From Candidatus Magasanikbacteria bacterium RIFCSPHIGHO2_01_FULL_33_34 (lineage in GTDB: Bacteria > Patescibacteriota > Patescibacteriia > Magasanikbacterales > UBA922): a stretch of DNA of 64,000 nt. The first letter of the stretch is position 1. Every line of letters starts with the position of its first letter. Below the pieces are notes generated by a model. The model did no database searches and was not told the DNA's origin. It saw only the letters and a program-made list of their open reading frames with translations. Position numbers and translations under genes: made by a program. Positions 57,338-64,000 of this stretch are shown piece after piece. Location of the stretch: the NCBI GenBank assembly GCA_001782825.1, contig MFPS01000008.1:9012-73011 (forward strand), written 5' to 3'.

Positions 57338-57805
57338 ATGATAATGTTAACATTTTTGGGATTGAAAGTAGGTTTTATTGCAAGAGATTCAGATATTATT
57401 TCATTGTTGTCATTGGAATACAATGTCGGAAAAGATTGTATAAGAAAGCTCACAGCAAACGAAGTCAGTGGAGTAATATCTACAATACATATATTGATAG
57501 ATTATGTCAACGATACAAGGAGTGATAGGAATATTACATTAATATCTAATAATTATTCAAGTATTTGTAGAGACATAACGTTTCTAAAGTTGTCTATAAA
57601 TACAGGATATTTAGGGATTACTTTAGAGTTTTCTAAAGAAAGAGAAAATCTCATAGCAGAATCTACAATATATGAGATAGATGCATTAGTTGATGCAATT
57701 AGGTTATTGGCAGATTATGTGAATATAGTGAATACTGAAAATGGTAAACGTATACATGTGTCTTGCGCAATTGACCCTGAGGCATCCTACAGAAATGAAA
57801 AATAA
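57338..57805 (+). CDS. Hypothetical protein inserted antisense between purL and purM
   Basis: 155 aa ORF, GAAAGGGG upstream, hairpins downstream. Confidence 0.6.
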   Translation: MIMLTFLGLKVGFIARDSDIISLLSLEYNVGKDCIRKLTANEVSGVISTIHILIDYVNDTRSDRNITLISNNYSSICRDITFLKLSINTGYLGITLEFSKERENLIAESTIYEIDALVDAIRLLADYVNIVNTENGKRIHVSCAIDPEASYRNEK

Positions 57806-57832
57806 TTATCTTCTCGTCCGGTTATAGGAGGT

Positions 57833-57888
57833 GTCCACGGCGAGAATTATATATATAATTAATTTATATATATAATTCTGTCGTGGAC
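57833..57888. repeat. Long hairpin with alternating-TA stem
   Basis: gtccacggc-g-agaattatatatataa-ttaat-ttatatatataattct-gtcgtggac. Confidence 0.8.
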
Positions 57889-57905
57889 TATTTTAAGGAG
57901 CGCTT

Positions 57906-57938
57906 AATCCAATCTTTGTTAAGGTTGGATTTTGCTTT
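57906..57938 (+). terminator. Probable terminator
   Basis: aatccaatctt-tgtt-aaggttggatt followed by T-rich tail. Confidence 0.65.
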
Positions 57939-58030
57939 TGTATGTGGTTTTATTTTTTGTTATAAATAAATTTGATAATTATCATATTTTTATTATTTTA
58001 TAAACAGTGCTTTATTTTTTTATAAATAAA

Positions 58031-60361
58031 TTATAATTTATTTCGTAGGCCATTTTTCCAAGCTCTTTTTGCTTTTTTTAAATCAATATTTATAAGGTTA
58101 TTTATTTTTAGTTGTTTATTTTCTGTCGTTTTACCAATTTTAAATATTTGAGTTACTCTACTTTTAAATATTTTTTCTACAGTTTCAAAATTTGAAATTT
58201 CAACTTCAAATACAAAGCCACCTGTTTCTGAAAACATTTTTTTATCATTATTTATTTCGCCTGGAATATTTACATCAAATCCAATTTCATTTTTGAAACT
58301 CATTTCTGCTAGTGTTGTTACTATCCCTCCATCTGAAATATCGTGAGCGCCGAGGATTAGTTTTCTATTTATACAATCTGTCAGAGCATAAACTTGATTT
58401 CTAACTTCATTTAGTTTTGGTTTGGGTATGTTTGCGCCAAGTTCATTGTGTAAATCATAATATACACTTCCGCCACATTCATCTTTTCTTTTTCCTACCA
58501 TAACAATTATAGAATCTATATTTTTGAAATGCATGGTAATTGCTTTATTAGTATCTTCTAGTTTTCCTAAACAGGCAATTATTGGGCTTGGAGCTATGGC
58601 TTTACCTTCAGATTCATTATAAAGAGATACATTTCCAGATATTATTGGTATAGGACTGCCATTTTCTTTGAGAAGTATATTTTTGCAGGCATCAGCTACG
58701 CCTTTTACACCTTCTGTAAATTCCCACATTTGTTCTGGTTTTTCAGGGTTTCCAAAATTGAGACAATCAGTAATTGCTTGGGGGGTGGCGCCAACACAAG
58801 CAATATTTCTTACAGCTTCTGCAACTGCATTTATTCCTCCCCAGTATGGATCTATTATGCTATAACGAGGATTATGATCAACAGATAATGCAACGCCTGT
58901 AGATTTTATTTCTTCTGGATATGTATCATCTTTAAAAGGCTGTATGACTCCAGCATCAGCTTCACCTGGTTCAATTACTGAAATGCCTTGAACATTTTTA
59001 TCGTATTTTTCATAAATAGGTGAACGAGATGCAACGTTTTCGTGAGATAATATTTTTAAAAGTATTGTATTATAATCCATTTCTGGAATATTTGGTTCAG
59101 AAAAATTTCTATTAGGTTTTTCGTAATTGCGATTATAGAGTAAGCCTTTGGTTATATCGCTTGCTCTGGCATGGACTATTTCTTGGTTTTTGTATTTTAC
59201 AATAAATTGGTCATCATCTTTTATTTTACCAATTACTGTTGCTTTTGCACCTTCCGAAACTTTTGGCAAGTCAAAAGTTTTATTATAATGATCAAGTACT
59301 AAATCAGTAATTTCTGGGGACACAACCCACATAAATCTTTCTTGTGTTTCAGAACACAACAATACAGAAGGGTGCAAATTTTCCATAGAGCGATGTGCTA
59401 AATCCAGATTAATTTCAGCACCTAGACCAGCTGAATCAGCTAGTTCAACTGCTGCACAAGCAATACCACCAGCTCCCAAATCTTTGAAGCCTACTTTATT
59501 TATTAAATTTTTTTCTTTTAAAATTTTAAAAAGTTCATTATTTGCTTTGAGTAGGTGTCTTTTTAGAAATGCATTTGGTTCTTGGACTGCTCCTTTATTT
59601 TTTTCTTTTTCTTTTTCATTTAATTCAAGAGATGCAAAACTGGCTCCTCCAAATCCACTATTGTCTGTTGGCTTGCCAATTAATATTAAATTATAGCCGG
59701 TTGAGTTTTTTGGGGCTTTGGAATGGATTATCTCATCTTCTCGCAATACGCCTAGGGTTACAACATTAACCAAACAATTGTCATTATATTTTTTATTATA
59801 ATATACATCTCCGCCTATATTTGGTACACCAATCGGATTCCCATATCCAGCAATTCCAGAAACTACGCCTTCATGTATCCATTTGGTTTTGTTATTTTTG
59901 ATTTCTCCAAAACGAAGAGGGTCGGCAATTGCTATTACTTTTGCTCCCATACAACTAACATCTCTCACATTACCACCGATGCCAGTAGCTGCGCCTTCGT
60001 AAGGTACAATTTGTGATGGATGATTGTGAGATTCATGGCTTATTACAATTCCGTATTTGTTGCCTTCATGGTCTTTGGCTATTTCTACGATTCCAGCATC
60101 TTCTGATGGTCCTAAAATTACATTGGGACCTTTGGTTATAAATTGTTCTAAAAAAGGCCGACTGCTTTTATATGAACAATGTTCTGATCCTTGGATTGAC
60201 CATAATATACATTCTGTAATAGAAGGTGGACGTTTTAAAATTTCATTCTGGATTTTTAGAATTTCATCTACTGTGAGGGCAATACGATATTCATTCAATT
60301 TATTTTTGATTTCTTGTTGATTCATTTTTGCAAAGTCAATTGTTTCAGTAGTAAAATTCAT
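58031..60361 (-). CDS. purL: FGAM synthase, small PurL
   Basis: SEHCSYKSS, ESHNHPS, GAATGIGG, D.GAGG, SETQER, DCLNFGNP, SGNVSLYN, HDISDGG; ATG at 60361. Confidence 0.97.
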   Translation of the reverse strand: MNFTTETIDFAKMNQQEIKNKLNEYRIALTVDEILKIQNEILKRPPSITECILWSIQGSEHCSYKSSRPFLEQFITKGPNVILGPSEDAGIVEIAKDHEGNKYGIVISHESHNHPSQIVPYEGAATGIGGNVRDVSCMGAKVIAIADPLRFGEIKNNKTKWIHEGVVSGIAGYGNPIGVPNIGGDVYYNKKYNDNCLVNVVTLGVLREDEIIHSKAPKNSTGYNLILIGKPTDNSGFGGASFASLELNEKEKEKNKGAVQEPNAFLKRHLLKANNELFKILKEKNLINKVGFKDLGAGGIACAAVELADSAGLGAEINLDLAHRSMENLHPSVLLCSETQERFMWVVSPEITDLVLDHYNKTFDLPKVSEGAKATVIGKIKDDDQFIVKYKNQEIVHARASDITKGLLYNRNYEKPNRNFSEPNIPEMDYNTILLKILSHENVASRSPIYEKYDKNVQGISVIEPGEADAGVIQPFKDDTYPEEIKSTGVALSVDHNPRYSIIDPYWGGINAVAEAVRNIACVGATPQAITDCLNFGNPEKPEQMWEFTEGVKGVADACKNILLKENGSPIPIISGNVSLYNESEGKAIAPSPIIACLGKLEDTNKAITMHFKNIDSIIVMVGKRKDECGGSVYYDLHNELGANIPKPKLNEVRNQVYALTDCINRKLILGAHDISDGGIVTTLAEMSFKNEIGFDVNIPGEINNDKKMFSETGGFVFEVEISNFETVEKIFKSRVTQIFKIGKTTENKQLKINNLINIDLKKAKRAWKNGLRNKL

Positions 60362-60390
60362 ATGTGGTGTTCTATCTTTATAGAGAAAAT

Positions 60391-61695
<1,305 letters not shown>

Positions 61696-61698
61696 TTA

Positions 61699-62550
61699 TT
61701 ATTTAATATTATTGTTGTGTTCACAGCAGATTATTGTATTTAACAATAATCTAGCTACAGTAATTGGTCCGACACCGCCTGGTGTAGGAGTAACATAGGC
61801 AACTTTATCTAATATTTCTTTTACATTTACATCTCCAGACATTTTTTTTTGCTCAAAAGAAACACCAGTATCAATGACAATAACACCTGGTGAAACCATA
61901 TCTTTTCTTAAAATATTTTTTTTGCCAACGCCAGTTATTATGATATCAGATGCTAAACATTTTTCTTTTGTATCTTTTGTTTTGCTATTACATACCGTGA
62001 CGCTGGCATATTCATTCATCATCATAATAGCAAGTGGTTTACCAACCAATGGTCCGGCACCAATAATAGTGACATTTTTACCAATCAAATCAATATTTAA
62101 TTTGTGGATGATACTCATCACTGCTCCTGGGGTAGGTGGGACAAGAAAGTTTGTTTTCATTACTAGTTTTCCTAGGTTTACATTTGTTAGGCAATCAACA
62201 TCAATTTCTGGTTTTATGGTATTCAAGACAGAGTTAGTATTAATATGTTTTGGTAATGGTAGTTGTACAATTATTCCAGACAAGTCTTTATCATTTTGAA
62301 TTTCTTCAATTTTTTTTATTAATTGTTTGGTGGTAATAGTAGAATTGATTTTGTGCAATTTGAAGGCCATACCAGCTTTTTGTGCAGCTTGTCCTTTTTT
62401 TTTGACGTAAGTTTGGGATGGTTTATCTTTTCCAACTAAAATAACCGCCAGTTTTGGGGTAATTTTTTGTTTTTTTAGTAGAGAAACTTTTTCAGCAACT
62501 TTTTCATTTATTTTGTCCGCAATAGCCTTTCCATCAATTAATGCGCCCAT
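61699..62550 (-). CDS. folD: Methylenetetrahydrofolate dehydrogenase/cyclohydrolase
   Basis: IDGKAIA, YV.KK, GIIVQLPLP, DVD, TP.PGGVGP.T. Confidence 0.97.
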   Translation of the reverse strand: MGALIDGKAIADKINEKVAEKVSLLKKQKITPKLAVILVGKDKPSQTYVKKKGQAAQKAGMAFKLHKINSTITTKQLIKKIEEIQNDKDLSGIIVQLPLPKHINTNSVLNTIKPEIDVDCLTNVNLGKLVMKTNFLVPPTPGAVMSIIHKLNIDLIGKNVTIIGAGPLVGKPLAIMMMNEYASVTVCNSKTKDTKEKCLASDIIITGVGKKNILRKDMVSPGVIVIDTGVSFEQKKMSGDVNVKEILDKVAYVTPTPGGVGPITVARLLLNTIICCEHNNNIK

Positions 62551-62645
62551 AAGCCTATAATTTTATATTTAATTTTTTATTATAAACCAAAAATATTATA
62601 TCACACCGATAATATATAGCAAGTGAAATATTTGATTAATTTTTA

Positions 62646-62674
62646 AAGCTGCCTTGTTTGTGGCAAGGCAGCTT
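62646..62674 (-). terminator. Hairpin terminator after the 62691 ORF
   Basis: aagctgccttg...caaggcagctt. Confidence 0.7.
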
Positions 62675-62690
62675 GTGTCAAGGAGCTGTG

Positions 62691-63065
62691 TCAGAATCCT
62701 TGGTAACTAAGACCATAAAGCTTTTTATAGTCGATTGGTTCATTAAGGTTGTTTATGGTATCTAATACCATTTTATGTTCTGATAAAAGATCATTTAGCT
62801 CTTTTCTGGTTTTTTCGCCATGTTCATGGCGTTCTTTTTCAGTAGATTGGTCTTTTCCAAGTGTAATAGTGTCTTGAAACACCATATACACTATAATTTT
62901 ATTGGATTTTTTATTGAAAAAAACAATCAGATGAACTAGTTTTGTAGTGGTTTGTTTGGGTATTGCAACCACTCTTCCTACTTGGAAAGAGTCAAATCCT
63001 TGTCGGATTAGATCCTTTGTGCAGGTGTGAATTCTCTCAAAACATAAGTATTTTGGTTTTTCCAC
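62691..63065 (-). CDS. Hypothetical protein (orphan cassette)
   Basis: GTG start after AAGGGGG; TTGACA-17-TAGAGT upstream (63087-63115); terminator downstream. Confidence 0.65.
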   Translation of the reverse strand: MEKPKYLCFERIHTCTKDLIRQGFDSFQVGRVVAIPKQTTTKLVHLIVFFNKKSNKIIVYMVFQDTITLGKDQSTEKERHEHGEKTRKELNDLLSEHKMVLDTINNLNEPIDYKKLYGLSYQGF

Positions 63066-63131
63066 AGTGCCCCCTTGGTTAAATTTACTCTAGCATAGAT
63101 TATTGTGTTTGTCAATACTATGTATAGAGCT

Positions 63132-64000
63132 TTAAATTTGATTGTTGTATATAGTATTGAGGATATTATGACCAACATTATTTTTAAAATGGGAGTCTTC
63201 ATAATAATTAGTCATATCTTTGGTATATTCATTTATACCAGAAAAATCATATATATTACTTTCACCAAAAATATTATTCAATTTTTTTATGTCTTTGTCG
63301 TTGAGTTTAATTTGATCATAAAGAGGCATAATGATAATCTTGTAATTTGTTTTTTGACTATTAAATATTGCTTTGATTTCTTTGAGTAATAATAATTGTT
63401 TTTGCTCAATGACGGGCGGATGAAAACTTTGTAAATTATTGCGCTCATAAAATATATTAGAGCGATTTTTGTAGTATAGTTGTCCTTCGGATTCAATTTG
63501 TTTGTTGAACCCGCTTGGTGTCCATTCATTGGTTTGAGGATCAAAAGAGACATCAGTTTTATTATCTATATTTTTCATATAAGGACGATAAGTATTGAAT
63601 AACTTGAAATCAATATATTCAATTGTGAATCGTCCTAGATAATCGTCTAAGGCTGAAAAATAGAATGGTAACCATTTTTTTGTAATAGCGGGATGTTTTT
63701 TGTTATGAAACTTGTTACTTTCTTTGGTTTGGTATAGGGTATTATAATCTAGTAAAACTAAGGCATTTTTGATTACACCGTTAGTATTATTAATAAAATT
63801 TATTTTTTTTGAAATTCCAAAAAGATTTTCACTAGAAGCTACAAAGTAATAAATCGAAGCGGTTGATTTAAGGTATTTTTGCCAGTCTTTAGATCTAAAT
63901 CCCATGGAACGGGAATTACCAAATACAAAAGAATCATATTGGTATTGTTTAACTTGATTTATATAAACTTCAGTTCCAAGGAAGTCATTATTTAATGGAA
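63132..64000 (-). CDS. SGNH-like protein (DltD/AlgJ-type O-acylation partner), truncated by window
   Basis: Frame stays open to the window edge: DSFVFGNSRS block and C-terminal YYEDSHF. Confidence 0.6.
   Translation of the reverse strand, partial: PLNNDFLGTEVYINQVKQYQYDSFVFGNSRSMGFRSKDWQKYLKSTASIYYFVASSENLFGISKKINFINNTNGVIKNALVLLDYNTLYQTKESNKFHNKKHPAITKKWLPFYFSALDDYLGRFTIEYIDFKLFNTYRPYMKNIDNKTDVSFDPQTNEWTPSGFNKQIESEGQLYYKNRSNIFYERNNLQSFHPPVIEQKQLLLLKEIKAIFNSQKTNYKIIIMPLYDQIKLNDKDIKKLNNIFGESNIYDFSGINEYTKDMTNYYEDSHFKNNVGHNILNTIYNNQI

Noticed and set aside
57950-58032. Possible sixth degenerate MITE copy (ttataaacagtgcttt, aaataaatt repeats)
   Set aside because: Left arm is not recognisable and the region is too AT-rich to exclude chance.

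Overview
AT-rich bacterial chromosomal window. Gene content and style suggest a Patescibacteria/CPR (Parcubacteria-like) genome; this is an inference from archaeal-type PyrH, Elp3, split ComEC and mostly SD-less starts. TGA is used as a stop, so standard code 11. It carries housekeeping genes (hppA, nhaA, infB, trxA, gdhA, leuS, pyrH, tsaE, glyA, murB, hpf, secA/D/F, dusB), a cobalamin-riboswitch-controlled putative B12 capture operon, and a near-complete de novo purine cluster with a PurQ-PurS-PurC-PurE fusion. Main points of interest: (1) a nested family of intergenic elements, in which a ~70 bp MITE (GTAA...TTAC ends, 9 bp target duplications, built-in sigma70 promoter) sometimes carries a ~120 bp covarying hairpin, which in turn sometimes carries a 20 bp perfect palindrome; (2) an Elp3 + Trm9/ALKBH8-like head-to-head gene pair; (3) an unannotated LysW-like 54 aa protein beside a PLP enzyme, an Mpl-like ligase, an ATE-like aminoacyl transferase, MraY and an ATP-grasp/NlpC-P60 fusion; (4) foreign domains inserted in LeuRS and SecD. 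I saw no tRNA, rRNA, CRISPR array or transposase.
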